Origin: Candidatus Thorarchaeota archaeon
GTDB taxonomy: Archaea; Asgardarchaeota; Thorarchaeia; Thorarchaeales; Thorarchaeaceae
Length of the DNA stretch: 50,852 nt
Assembly (NCBI GenBank): GCA_048882485.1
Contig: JBHLRP010000022.1
Span: 1 to 50,852 of the forward strand
Direction: 5' to 3'
The notes under the pieces are model-generated. The model was not told the origin of the DNA and made no database searches. It saw nothing but the letters and a program-made list of their open reading frames with translations. Position numbers and translations under genes: made by a program. How positions within the stretch are numbered: position 1 is the first letter of the stretch; the number at the start of each line of letters is the position of its first letter. Of the stretch, positions 1 to 9,385 are shown in pieces.

Positions 1-324
1 AAGATGCAATCAGGGGGGCGGCTCACATTTGATGAATTCATACTAGCACAGCGAAGCGTGACTGATGACAAACGTGGTTCAAGGAAGCGCGGCGGTCGAC
101 GACGTGCTCCGGTTGAAGCCGAAACCCCTGCTACAGAAGAGGATGCCACCTCGCCCGAGGAAGACATGGAAGATGATCTTGAGCGATTAGAAGCCGAGAT
201 TTCTGTTTCACCCACACCGAAAGAAGACGAATCTCCAGGAGAAGACACAGAAACTGTGGCAGAAGAGTCATCTAAAGAGACATCTGCAACACAATCGAAA
301 GATGAGCCAGACAAAAGCGAATGA
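1..324 (+). CDS. C-terminal part (5'-partial) of a probable archaeal coiled-coil protein (COG1340-like) with acidic low-complexity tail
   Basis: Frame is open from base 1. KMQSGGRLTFDEFILAQ resembles the 'KFKRGEKLTTEELLLLQ'-type C-terminus of archaeal coiled-coil proteins, followed by a basic patch and a long Glu/Asp-rich tail. Confidence 0.5.
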   Translation, partial: KMQSGGRLTFDEFILAQRSVTDDKRGSRKRGGRRRAPVEAETPATEEDATSPEEDMEDDLERLEAEISVSPTPKEDESPGEDTETVAEESSKETSATQSKDEPDKSE

Positions 325-380
325 AACCAGGGTCCACTCTCAGTCGTTTGCATCCGCTAAAATGAGTAAGAGGTGTTTTC

Positions 381-1640
381 ATGAGTAGTGCTAGTGAGCG
401 GCCTGTAGGACGCCGTTCCATCGTGACAGTGTTCTATATTCTTGCAATTGGCTCTGGCGTAATGAGGTCCTTCTCTGTGGCCTTCGACATAGTTGCCCTA
501 AACACACTCATCTCTGATCCCCTTGCATTTGGATTCATGTCACAATGGACAAGCTTCCTAGTGACTGTCATGCTTCTTTTGGTGCTCAGCATCCCTCAAA
601 CCAAAAGTGGCAACCGAAGATCAGTGGGTTATAATCTCGACCCAGATTTTGGTCGGCTGCGGGTTCTGCCAAAGAAACCTACATTGTATCTACTTCTTGC
701 AGGTACTTTTGCAGGAATATCGACTTTCTTTTATTACTACCTCGCAAGTAATACAGATGCTTCAGTGGTTTTGCCTTATGGGCAACTCGTCATTATCTAC
801 CTGCTGATAGGTGATTTGCTAGCTGAGAAGGACACTCCAACTGTGGTCGAGATTCATAGTATTATGTCGGTAATGATTGGTGTTCTTTTGATAGGAGTTA
901 CGCCAGGAGGATTTGATATTCCAACTCTGTTCATTGTGTTAATCCCAATGAACATCTCTTCAGCATTCTATACATACTATCAGCGAAAGACAAAGCGTTA
1001 TGAACTCGAGCCTGGACTGCGAGTTGACTCTCTCAATATGCGGCTATGGTCGTTGCTCTTTCTAAACATCTCTTTCAGTGTTATCGCTGTTCCCTTGATG
1101 GATGAAGTGACATGGAATATAATTGCGATTACGTTTACATCTTTGGTATGGATGATGGTTGGATCATCAGCAACCGCCTTTCTCTCGATTGTAATGTATG
1201 TCCGAGCTCTTGGTCGAGGAACAATGTCAGTGGTAAATTCTCTTTCAGCGATTTCAGTAGTGCTAGGAATACCCATTACGATTATTGGGAATCTTATGAT
1301 TCCTGGAGCATTTGGGATTTTGCCAGGTGATGCATTCCTCTGGACACTCAAATTCTTTGGAATTGGACTTGTGATTATAGGAATATTGACATTACAAGCT
1401 GCTGACGTACGCTCATTAGTTATTATCAAGGTTAAACCCCAGACTGAGGACATTCTCCCAGCACTATTCGACATCAAGGGAGTTGAGAAAGCAGCAGCCT
1501 TGGCAGGTCAATATGACTACATGTTGAGTATTAAGAGCAGAAGTCTTAGCAAGACTCGAACTGGGATTCTGAAGAAAGTGCAAGCTATCCCTGGTGTAGA
1601 AGACATACAAACGATGATTGTTTTGAAGGATTACAGATAG
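381..1640 (+). CDS. DMT/EamA-like multi-pass membrane transporter with C-terminal Lrp/AsnC ligand-binding (RAM) domain
   Basis: About 10 hydrophobic helices in two repeats. The last ~75 aa (VIIKVKP...GVEKAAALAGQYDYML...IPGVEDIQTMIV) fit the Lrp/AsnC ligand-binding pattern. GAGGTG RBS precedes the ATG. Confidence 0.75.
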   Translation: MSSASERPVGRRSIVTVFYILAIGSGVMRSFSVAFDIVALNTLISDPLAFGFMSQWTSFLVTVMLLLVLSIPQTKSGNRRSVGYNLDPDFGRLRVLPKKPTLYLLLAGTFAGISTFFYYYLASNTDASVVLPYGQLVIIYLLIGDLLAEKDTPTVVEIHSIMSVMIGVLLIGVTPGGFDIPTLFIVLIPMNISSAFYTYYQRKTKRYELEPGLRVDSLNMRLWSLLFLNISFSVIAVPLMDEVTWNIIAITFTSLVWMMVGSSATAFLSIVMYVRALGRGTMSVVNSLSAISVVLGIPITIIGNLMIPGAFGILPGDAFLWTLKFFGIGLVIIGILTLQAADVRSLVIIKVKPQTEDILPALFDIKGVEKAAALAGQYDYMLSIKSRSLSKTRTGILKKVQAIPGVEDIQTMIVLKDYR

Positions 1641-1663
1641 AAATGAAATAGGAGGAACATGAA

Positions 1664-1912
1664 ATGGCGAAGATTCAAGCATATGTTTTGATGAAGATCG
1701 AAATAGGGCGAACTGACGAAGTCATTAAGCAGCTAACCGCTATTAACGAGGCTACTCGCGTTGCTGTTACTACAGGCGTCTATGATGTTATTGCACTCCT
1801 TGAGGTGGAAGATCTCGAGGCTCTCTATGACATAACCGTTCATCGCATTCATAGCATTCCAGGCATCAAGGACACTTCGACAGCAGTGGTGGAGAAGATG
1901 ATTAGCGTATGA
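1664..1912 (+). CDS. Stand-alone Lrp/AsnC ligand-binding domain protein
   Basis: AYVLMKIEIG...VTTGVYDVIALLEV...IHSIPGIKDTST pattern; no HTH; GGAGG upstream. Confidence 0.9.
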   Translation: MAKIQAYVLMKIEIGRTDEVIKQLTAINEATRVAVTTGVYDVIALLEVEDLEALYDITVHRIHSIPGIKDTSTAVVEKMISV

Positions 1913-1954
1913 CCAGCATCAAGAATCCAATCATCTTAATACCAGTATGACTCA

Positions 1955-2965
1955 TTGAATACTGTGGTATCATTTGAGAACACACCGATGCCACTATTGG
2001 AGGAGTCAAGAGAATTGGCGTCTAATGCTGAAGTAGCGATCACTGGACTTACGAAGAATTTCGATGAGATCATGGCTGTAGATCACATGAATCTAGAAGT
2101 GCCAGCTGGTTCGATTTTCGGCCTACTTGGGCCAAATGGAGCAGGCAAAAGTACGACGGTTAGATTGCTGTGTACACTACTTAGACCTGTGGATGGCACA
2201 GCGAATGTGGCTGGCTATGATATTCTCAATGCCCCAGTTCATGTTCGTGAAGTAACCGGAATTTTGCCTGAAGAAGGAAATCATACTCTCTATCCGGGAA
2301 TGTCTGCGTATCAGAACCTAGAGTATTTTGCTCGACTCTATGGTGTTCCAGACGATGTTATTCCTGGGCGCGCTCAAGAGCTCTTGGAGTTCATGGAGCT
2401 TTGGGAGCGAAAAGATGACAAGGCTGGAGAGTTGTCGACAGGAAACAGGCAGCGTCTTGCTCTATGTCGAGCTTTGCTTCACAATCCCAAGGTTCTTCTG
2501 CTGGACGAGCCAACTTCTGCTCTAGACCCAATTGCAGCCAAGCGTGTGCGAGAGCTAATCCTTAATCTTTCGCAGAAGTATGGACAGACCTTCTTTATCA
2601 ACAGTCATAATCTGGCTGAGGTTCAGCGGATTTGCGATAGAATTGCTATTATTGACGAAGGCAAGATACTACTCAGCGGAAAGACGGCTGAGCTTCGTCA
2701 TAAATTACAGGCTCAGCAAGAGTTTAGGATTAGAGTGGCTGGCGATTTAGGTGAGGCGGAAGCGATAGTAAAGTCAGCAGACTATGTCGAGTCAGTTCAG
2801 TCCGATGTGGATTCGCTTCTTATGGTGATTAAGAATCCTATAGACAACAACTCGAGATTAATGCGAACCCTTCTGGATGCAGGTGTCAAAATCGTTGAGT
2901 TTGCGGAAGAAGAGGCCACTCTGGAAGACCTCTACCTTGATGTCATTAAGGGAGGTGCCCAATAA
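1955..2965 (+). CDS. ABC transporter ATP-binding protein (ABC-2/drug export type); true start may be 1988 or later
   Basis: Walker A GPNGAGKST, signature LSTGN, Walker B LLLDEPT, H-loop NSH, C-terminal TLEDLYL. Confidence 0.93.
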   Translation: MNTVVSFENTPMPLLEESRELASNAEVAITGLTKNFDEIMAVDHMNLEVPAGSIFGLLGPNGAGKSTTVRLLCTLLRPVDGTANVAGYDILNAPVHVREVTGILPEEGNHTLYPGMSAYQNLEYFARLYGVPDDVIPGRAQELLEFMELWERKDDKAGELSTGNRQRLALCRALLHNPKVLLLDEPTSALDPIAAKRVRELILNLSQKYGQTFFINSHNLAEVQRICDRIAIIDEGKILLSGKTAELRHKLQAQQEFRIRVAGDLGEAEAIVKSADYVESVQSDVDSLLMVIKNPIDNNSRLMRTLLDAGVKIVEFAEEEATLEDLYLDVIKGGAQ

Positions 2966-3723
2966 TGGCTCGCAATAGATCTTGGGTAGTCGCTATGGCT
3001 GACTTCAAGGCCGCAATGGAACTACGTTTTGTGAAGTTTGGTATCCTTGGCTTGGGATCTCTTGGACCAATTATGGTGACTATCTTGATTGTAAGTACAG
3101 CGCTGCTGATGCCTCCGGGACCTGATTATGAGCTTTTTATGCTGTTCATGGCTCCGATGGTGGCAACGATGCTTGCTCTATTCTCCGTGATACCGGCTTC
3201 AATGATATCAGCTAATTCCTTTGTAGGTGAGAAGGAGCAGAACACTCTGGAACCGCTTCTCGCGACTCCATTGACGGATGGACAGTTGCTATTGGGCAAG
3301 CTTCTGGCTTCCTTCATACCAAGCGGCATCTTGCTCTTTGGGGGGACCGCGGTGGCGATTGTAGCAGGAAACGTTATTCTAATGTCATTTGGTCGTCCAT
3401 TCTTATTAATCCCTGATGTCCCTGGTTTAATCTTCATATCACTAGCTGGACCCGCAATGATTTTGGCAGTCGTGTCGGTTATGATTCTGATTAGTGGAAG
3501 AGTCAGCCGTGTTTACGAGGCCTACCAGGTGAGCATGCTTGTTGCTCTGGTTCTCATAATCCCAATGATTGTGCCGTCTTTCTTTATAGGATCAGGACTC
3601 GACCAGTCGCTGGTTTGGATGACATACATAGTTACAATTCTGCTGGCCGCGGCTATAATGGCTGTGACTATGGTGCTTGCAGTCAAGCGATTCAACAGGG
3701 ATACGATGATAAGAATGACCTAA
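2965..3723 (+). CDS. ABC-2 type transporter permease
   Basis: Six TM helices, SFVGEKEQNTLEPLLATPL...LLGKL motif, TAATG coupling to the ATPase gene. Confidence 0.9.
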   Translation: MARNRSWVVAMADFKAAMELRFVKFGILGLGSLGPIMVTILIVSTALLMPPGPDYELFMLFMAPMVATMLALFSVIPASMISANSFVGEKEQNTLEPLLATPLTDGQLLLGKLLASFIPSGILLFGGTAVAIVAGNVILMSFGRPFLLIPDVPGLIFISLAGPAMILAVVSVMILISGRVSRVYEAYQVSMLVALVLIIPMIVPSFFIGSGLDQSLVWMTYIVTILLAAAIMAVTMVLAVKRFNRDTMIRMT

Positions 3724-3732
3724 GGGAGAAAG

Positions 3733-3760
3733 AGCAGGAGGCTTTGTTAGCTCTCCTGCT
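3733..3760. terminator. Hairpin between convergent genes
   Basis: AGCAGGAG-GCT ttgtt AGC-t-CTCCTGCT inverted repeat between two converging stop codons. Confidence 0.55.
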
Positions 3761-4286
3761 ACTCGTCCAATTTCTTCAATCCAGTAGGGTATCTGTGCGC
3801 TAAATCTCTGTAGATTGCTTTGAATCTAGTCAGCTCTTCTTTATGATGCTCCTGAACATCGCCAATCACTTTGGCTGGAACACCCACTGCTATCTTCTCC
3901 CTGGGAACCTCAAAGTTCTGCCTGACAACTGCTCCCTCGCCCACAATTGCCCACTCTCCAACCACAGCCCAATCAGACACAATCGCACCCATGCCTATGA
4001 TTGCTTCGTCTTTCACAGTTGCATTGTGAATAATGCATCCATGGCCGAGAGTCACATTGTTGCCGATAATCGTAATCTCATCTGGCCTTGCATGTATAAT
4101 CACATTATCCTGAATACTAGTACCATTTCCGACACGAACTTCTCCGTAGTCGCCTTTCACAACTGCTCCGGGTGCGATATAGCATTCATCACCAATTTTC
4201 ACTTTTCCGATGACTGATGCTGTATGACTGACGTAGGTATTCTTTCCTAGCGAAGGAATTCTCCCTTCAAACTCATAGACTGTCAT
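3759..4286 (-). CDS. Gamma-carbonic anhydrase family / hexapeptide-repeat protein
   Basis: MTVYEFEGRIP N-terminus, hexapeptide repeats, GD...IQDNVIIH, GHGCIIH metal-binding His residues, GVPAK. Confidence 0.93.
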   Translation of the reverse strand: MTVYEFEGRIPSLGKNTYVSHTASVIGKVKIGDECYIAPGAVVKGDYGEVRVGNGTSIQDNVIIHARPDEITIIGNNVTLGHGCIIHNATVKDEAIIGMGAIVSDWAVVGEWAIVGEGAVVRQNFEVPREKIAVGVPAKVIGDVQEHHKEELTRFKAIYRDLAHRYPTGLKKLDE

Positions 4287-4336
4287 TGTTCAATCACTTT
4301 TTTTCTTCAATAACTAGGATATTAGGATGCAGGTAG

Positions 4337-4831
4337 ATGAGCTTCAAGTGTCCAAAGGCAATCTCGGAAACATTAAAGGCCTGCCCTACTGATGTTTTGG
4401 CGGGGAGATTAGACCAGTCCCCCATGGATGTGTTCGCTGTGGCGGCTGAGAATGCTGATGATATGCCTCTTTTCCCAATTCTTCGGGGAGAATCAGTTGG
4501 TGAGAGTGGGGAATTCAGTGGCAGAGTTTTCATTGTCTGCAAGCCTGAGGATCTAGATCGCGAATGGTCATCTGATGATATTGCAGTGTTGGACTCAAGT
4601 CTTAAGGAGTTCATACAAGATGACCCGGGTGCACTTGATCGCCTTTTCAAGAATGTATCTGCAGTGCTATCAGAGTTTGGAGAACCCATTGGAGAATTCT
4701 CATCTTCTGCTTATGAGCGCGAAGCAATCTGTGTAGTGAAAGTGGCTGATGCCAGTCATGTCATGGAAAATGATATGCACATTCGCGTCATCACTTCGGA
4801 GAATCAGGGAGACGTCTTCTTCATCGACTGA
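4337..4831 (+). CDS. Stand-alone PEP-utilizing-enzyme mobile (swivelling phosphohistidine)-like domain protein lacking the catalytic His
   Basis: GESVGESGEFSGRVFIV...DIAVL...AVLSEFGEPIGEFSSSAYEREAICVVKVADAS...DMHIRV aligns by eye with GIVTEEGGxTSHAAIVARELGIPAVVGV. Confidence 0.6.
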   Translation: MSFKCPKAISETLKACPTDVLAGRLDQSPMDVFAVAAENADDMPLFPILRGESVGESGEFSGRVFIVCKPEDLDREWSSDDIAVLDSSLKEFIQDDPGALDRLFKNVSAVLSEFGEPIGEFSSSAYEREAICVVKVADASHVMENDMHIRVITSENQGDVFFID

Positions 4832-4905
4832 AATCATCAAGGCTTTATGCCACTTCTAAGACAAACCTGGCAATAATAAACCGGATTCATTGCGGAGAGG
4901 AGAGA

Positions 4906-5922
4906 TTGTCCAAAGATAGAATCTACCAAGTCTTCAATTGGACCGAAGTTAGAATTGTCCAGATTCTCATCTTTCTTGCCAGTGCCTTCATCTTTCTACT
5001 ATATGCTATTGCTCTCATTTACTATGGACTAGCTTTCGCAGGGCTACTGTTGTATATCGCCTATGTTTCCACGCAGATTCCACTTGGCCTGCTGCTTACT
5101 CGCCATTATCATATCCTCGGCATGCATACAAAAAAAAGATTGAAGCTTATCGATCCTGCAGATGTTGACAAGAGTTGGAGCATGTCAAATCAATTAATGC
5201 GCTTGGACGAAATATCTCATCTCTTGGATGAAATCAGTGTTGAGCTTCAAAAGCAAAGTCCGTCTGTTGATGATATTTTAGACTTAACATGGTTTGTTGT
5301 CATTGTTTGGGCAGCAATATCCACAAGTGTATTAGCTATGTTCAATCCTCCTCCGCCATTCCTTGCTAGTGCTGCACTCGTCCTCGCTGGGCTCTGTTTT
5401 GCATCTCTATACAACGGCTACCGAATTGCACCATCAGCACCTTTTGATGAGAATATGGAGCATTTGAGGCATCTTGTTTTATCCCGATTCTCTGCGCTAC
5501 ACGCAGTCATAGGGAAGCGATATTTCCAACCAGGAGTCAGTTTGCTTGGCAAAGGGAAGAAGAAGATCATTAACGACTTCTTTGCACAGATGCTCAATCA
5601 ATCAAAAGACAACGGTCCAGTTCTCACTTATTGGACAGGGATATCTTCTACAGATGCTGAAAGAATCGATTTCGCTATTGAGAATGACCAGGCCAGGGCT
5701 GTTCAGGATTCTTTAGAGCAACATCCAATTGTAACTGAATCTGGATGGAGTGTATCTGTTTCAAATGACACTAATGAACCAGGAGTTTTGCTGAGAAATG
5801 AACAGAGCGAACTAAGAATTGATGTTCAATCAACAATGGTCCTATCACCGTCATGGATTGCAGAAACCTCCAAGAATCTGGCTGATATGCTTAGCACTGT
5901 TCTACCTAGGCTTGATATCTAG
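4906..5922 (+). CDS. Hypothetical membrane protein (about 4 TM helices plus soluble C-terminal domain)
   Basis: 338-aa ORF with a TTG start after GGAGAGGAG; two pairs of hydrophobic helices. Confidence 0.7.
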   Translation: MSKDRIYQVFNWTEVRIVQILIFLASAFIFLLYAIALIYYGLAFAGLLLYIAYVSTQIPLGLLLTRHYHILGMHTKKRLKLIDPADVDKSWSMSNQLMRLDEISHLLDEISVELQKQSPSVDDILDLTWFVVIVWAAISTSVLAMFNPPPPFLASAALVLAGLCFASLYNGYRIAPSAPFDENMEHLRHLVLSRFSALHAVIGKRYFQPGVSLLGKGKKKIINDFFAQMLNQSKDNGPVLTYWTGISSTDAERIDFAIENDQARAVQDSLEQHPIVTESGWSVSVSNDTNEPGVLLRNEQSELRIDVQSTMVLSPSWIAETSKNLADMLSTVLPRLDI

Positions 5923-6021
5923 GAACTCGTGAGCCAAGGTGTCACTTCATCGGGATTCATAAGGTTATTAGATTGTGACAGAAACGAAGGTTGAATACCT
6001 CAGAATTGGACGTTATGCTCA

Positions 6022-7347
6022 ATGAAAGTCAAACTGAAAATCGAAACTCAATGGCTTGACCTCGAGAGAGAGAGCATGATGAGGATGCAAGAGAGGTACA
6101 AATCTTGGGAGCAAGAGACCCTCAAGAAGGCCAAAGATGCCAAAGACCTTCGAGGATTAAGAGAAGTCTTCTATGAATTAGGTGACAGATGGGAATGGAA
6201 TCAGACAACTGGAGCATGGTTGGAAGGCGGTGAACCACTAGACACCGTTGGACTAGTTATCAGGATGCCGGGACTTCAGGAGGGCAAGGAGCGCTATGTC
6301 GTGTACGCAGTGATGGCATATTCAAAGGGACTTACGTCGAAGTTTGACCATCTCGGTGATAAGGAACGGGTTATCATCGAAAGTGACGTTGAAGACGACA
6401 ATATTGTGTGCTGGTCAACCACCGGTCATGGCGCGGTAGATGTTGTTCCCATAGATTTGACATCCTATTCAACGATAGAGAATGCCTTGGGGAGATGTTT
6501 CGTGGTTGCTCAGCCTGGCGATCATGCATTGCGTTTGGAAGACCCGGAATCAAAGGGATTCCTCCCCAAGCTGGCAAAGCGATTGTGGGAGATAGCTGGA
6601 GGCGACATGCAGTACGCTGTTCGAGAGATTGAGGTTCTCAGCTACAAGGATGTTGAAGAGCACCTCAATTTTCGCTTTCATCGATATGCAAAAGCAGTGA
6701 TTGAACTCGAGCGAATCTGGCTGAATCTCAAAGGAACAGCAGCAGAGAGAGCCAAAGAGATTGTACTCGATGAAATTCCAAAACATATTGAAGATAGAGA
6801 GAAGACCACATTACGTACCATTGAGGGGCTGCTTCACCTTCTCTGGTTCAAGCCTCCAATGGACCAGCTTAGTGCTATACGCAGGACATATGAAGAGATT
6901 AGTTCTGAGCCCACCCCCACAAAAGTCCAGCTCGAGATTCGACCGTATCTTGGAGAGCTTCTCTATAGCCTTTCTGACATTATTGAAACAAGCAAATACC
7001 TGAAATGGAAGAGTGTAATCGAGAAGAAGGAGTTCAGAGAAAGCGATGTCTTTCACGGTCTTGAACTCACGGGTCTCGCGAAAGAAGCAGTGGCGGTGGC
7101 TCTTGATGATATTTTGAGAGAACATACTCTTGCTTATATTGGCTATCCAGAGCGTGCGACGATTCGAGGCAAGACTATGAGAGTTCTCTTTGGTGTTGCA
7201 GTTCTTCCACTCCGACTATTTCTCTCGTTTATGAAGAGTGTTGTGAAGACTCTCCTAGGCATTGCGATAGCATCATACCGTCTTCTCCTTTCATTTAGCG
7301 ATAGACTGCAAAGAGGACGTACCAAGGACGAAGGTCTCGATGCTTAG
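6022..7347 (+). CDS. Hypothetical protein with possible Vps62/NPP1-like N-terminal domain and helical C-terminus
   Basis: 441-aa ORF. YVVYAVMAY...DHLGDKERVII...WSTTGHG...FVVAQPGDHAL recalls the HxGDWE / SxHxG / VYxAxGSHA motifs. Confidence 0.55.
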   Translation: MKVKLKIETQWLDLERESMMRMQERYKSWEQETLKKAKDAKDLRGLREVFYELGDRWEWNQTTGAWLEGGEPLDTVGLVIRMPGLQEGKERYVVYAVMAYSKGLTSKFDHLGDKERVIIESDVEDDNIVCWSTTGHGAVDVVPIDLTSYSTIENALGRCFVVAQPGDHALRLEDPESKGFLPKLAKRLWEIAGGDMQYAVREIEVLSYKDVEEHLNFRFHRYAKAVIELERIWLNLKGTAAERAKEIVLDEIPKHIEDREKTTLRTIEGLLHLLWFKPPMDQLSAIRRTYEEISSEPTPTKVQLEIRPYLGELLYSLSDIIETSKYLKWKSVIEKKEFRESDVFHGLELTGLAKEAVAVALDDILREHTLAYIGYPERATIRGKTMRVLFGVAVLPLRLFLSFMKSVVKTLLGIAIASYRLLLSFSDRLQRGRTKDEGLDA

Positions 7348-8093
7348 CTAATGTCTACTCCACTATCTGGTCCGTGAAAGATTTCCAGCAGCTCCAATGG
7401 AGATGTTCGTACAATAGTCCCTTCTGGAGCTAGGTCGGCTTCATCAGGATTTGCCCATGTGATGAGGATAGGCAACATTTGTCCACGATGGGCAGCCGTC
7501 ACATCAGCATTCACTAAGTTGCCCACATATGCACATAATTTGGGATTAATCCCAATCTCCTCTGCTACCTGAAGGAGTGTATATGGAGAGGGCTTCGCAT
7601 ATCCAATAACGCCAGACCATTGAATTGCAGAGATATATTCACTCAATTCTACTTTGGCAATCAAGTTGTGAGGGTCATCATATCTCCGAGTGGCGACGCC
7701 AATGGGATATCCTCTTGCATGGAGGCTCTTGATAGTTTGAATCGATTCATCAGTAAATTCCTCCGTACTCAAAAGTTCATTCTTGTAACGTCGCTCTACA
7801 TCAAGCAAAGTGTCATCTGTAATCCCCTCTATCCCCAATGCTTCATACATCACTCGGTTCTGGTCAATCCAATGCTCAGGCGAATCACCATAATGGAGCT
7901 CGACATTATTCTCAATCTGATAACGTTTGAACCAATCATCCGCTTTGAGATGAGCTTTCTCCAACTCCATTTCCGAAAATCCTGAAAGGTCGACTCCACA
8001 ATCCTTTGAAACTCTACGAACAACCTCGAAAGGATGTTCGCGGAATTTGGTCAGGGTGTGATGTAAGTCAAAGAGGATTGCCCGGATTCCCAT
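7344..8093 (-). CDS. HAD-superfamily hydrolase (class IA)
   Basis: Start re-assigned to ATG 8093 (MGIRAILFDLHHTL). Motif I DxHxT variant, motif II VATRR, motif III AKPSP, motif IV YVGNLVNADV. Confidence 0.85.
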   Translation of the reverse strand: MGIRAILFDLHHTLTKFREHPFEVVRRVSKDCGVDLSGFSEMELEKAHLKADDWFKRYQIENNVELHYGDSPEHWIDQNRVMYEALGIEGITDDTLLDVERRYKNELLSTEEFTDESIQTIKSLHARGYPIGVATRRYDDPHNLIAKVELSEYISAIQWSGVIGYAKPSPYTLLQVAEEIGINPKLCAYVGNLVNADVTAAHRGQMLPILITWANPDEADLAPEGTIVRTSPLELLEIFHGPDSGVDIS

Positions 8094-8187
8094 ATGTCTG
8101 CTCGCAAAAAACTGTCTTAGATTTGTTGTGGTCAACATAGGGTCAAGTTCATATAGCATCAGCCCAGACCAGCTATTCGCGATTGAA

Positions 8188-9378
8188 ATGACCAGAGTAG
8201 GTATCATAGGCAATGGCGTGGCTGCGACTTCAGCCATTCGCGAGCTGAAGAGTCTGGATAGCGACATAGAGATCGATGTGTTCGGCGATGAACGTCATGC
8301 CTACTATCCGAAACCAAACCTTATGGAGTATGTAGGAGGAAAACGGACTCAGAAAGAAGTCATTCGCTACGACAGGGATTGGTATGAGAATCAGGGAATC
8401 ACTCTTCATCTGGCCACACCCGTGACACATATTGATGCAGGGATTCGCTCCCTGACTACTCCGTCCAAGATATTCACAGGTTACGATTCTTTGCTGATTG
8501 CGGTGGGCAGCTATCCCTTTGTTCCACCCTTCGAAGGCCTTGACAAAAAAAACGTGCACGTCCTTCGGACTTTTGATGATGCAATTGACATTAAAGAAGC
8601 CGTCGCTGGTGCTGGTCGAGAGATAATAGTTGGCGGAGGGATTTTGGGTGTAGAGCTAGCAGCAGGGATCAAGAGGATTGGAGGCGATCCAATTGTTGTT
8701 ACTAACGTGGATCGGCTTCTTCCGATTCAGCTCGATGGCGGTGCCAGCGAGATTCTTCGAATGCACTTAGACAAGATGGGCATTACTACTCTGATGGGCT
8801 TTACATGTCAGGGCATTCTTGGGGATGATACTGCTTCTGGTGTCATTTCATCAGCTGGTGACTCAATTGATGGAGACCTCGTTGTCATCGCAACAGGCGT
8901 TCGGTCGAATGTTGAGCTGGCACGTAATTCGAACCTCACAATTCGTCGAGGAATTGAGGTTGATAGATATATGCAGACCTCTGCTCCAAAAATCTATGCT
9001 GCTGGCGATTGCGCGGAATGCGATGGCGAATGGTATGGAATCATCCCATGGGCGCTAGAGACCTCAAGAATCGCCGCACGAAATATGATTGATCATGGCA
9101 GTGCTCGGTTTGAGAGCTTCAATCCAGCTAACACATTGAAGGTCGCAGGCATAGACCTTACGTCTGTTGGCAAAGTTCATGTCGAAACTCCAGAGTTTGA
9201 GCAAATCATCTCTGTTGATAGAGATAATGGCACCTACTATAAAGTAGTGATCAAGGACACCAAGGTTGTTGGAGGAATATCATTAGGCAGTAGGAAGGTC
9301 GCAATGCGAATACGACAACTTGTTTCACAAAAAGCGGATGTCACTGATGTTCGAGGCAGCATATTTGAATCAGAATGA
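8188..9378 (+). CDS. FAD-dependent NAD(P)H oxidoreductase (NADH:rubredoxin oxidoreductase / NirB N-terminal-like)
   Basis: Start re-assigned to ATG 8188. GNGVAA FAD motif, IVGGGILGVE NAD motif, ATGVRSN, TSAPKIYAAGDCAE. Confidence 0.9.
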   Translation: MTRVGIIGNGVAATSAIRELKSLDSDIEIDVFGDERHAYYPKPNLMEYVGGKRTQKEVIRYDRDWYENQGITLHLATPVTHIDAGIRSLTTPSKIFTGYDSLLIAVGSYPFVPPFEGLDKKNVHVLRTFDDAIDIKEAVAGAGREIIVGGGILGVELAAGIKRIGGDPIVVTNVDRLLPIQLDGGASEILRMHLDKMGITTLMGFTCQGILGDDTASGVISSAGDSIDGDLVVIATGVRSNVELARNSNLTIRRGIEVDRYMQTSAPKIYAAGDCAECDGEWYGIIPWALETSRIAARNMIDHGSARFESFNPANTLKVAGIDLTSVGKVHVETPEFEQIISVDRDNGTYYKVVIKDTKVVGGISLGSRKVAMRIRQLVSQKADVTDVRGSIFESE

Positions 9379-9385
9379 GCAAGTT

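Noticed and set aside
8094-8267. Overlapping N-terminal extensions of the HAD (to 8267) and oxidoreductase (from 8128) ORFs
   Set aside because: Family motifs begin at ATG 8093 and ATG 8188, leaving a normal divergent promoter gap.
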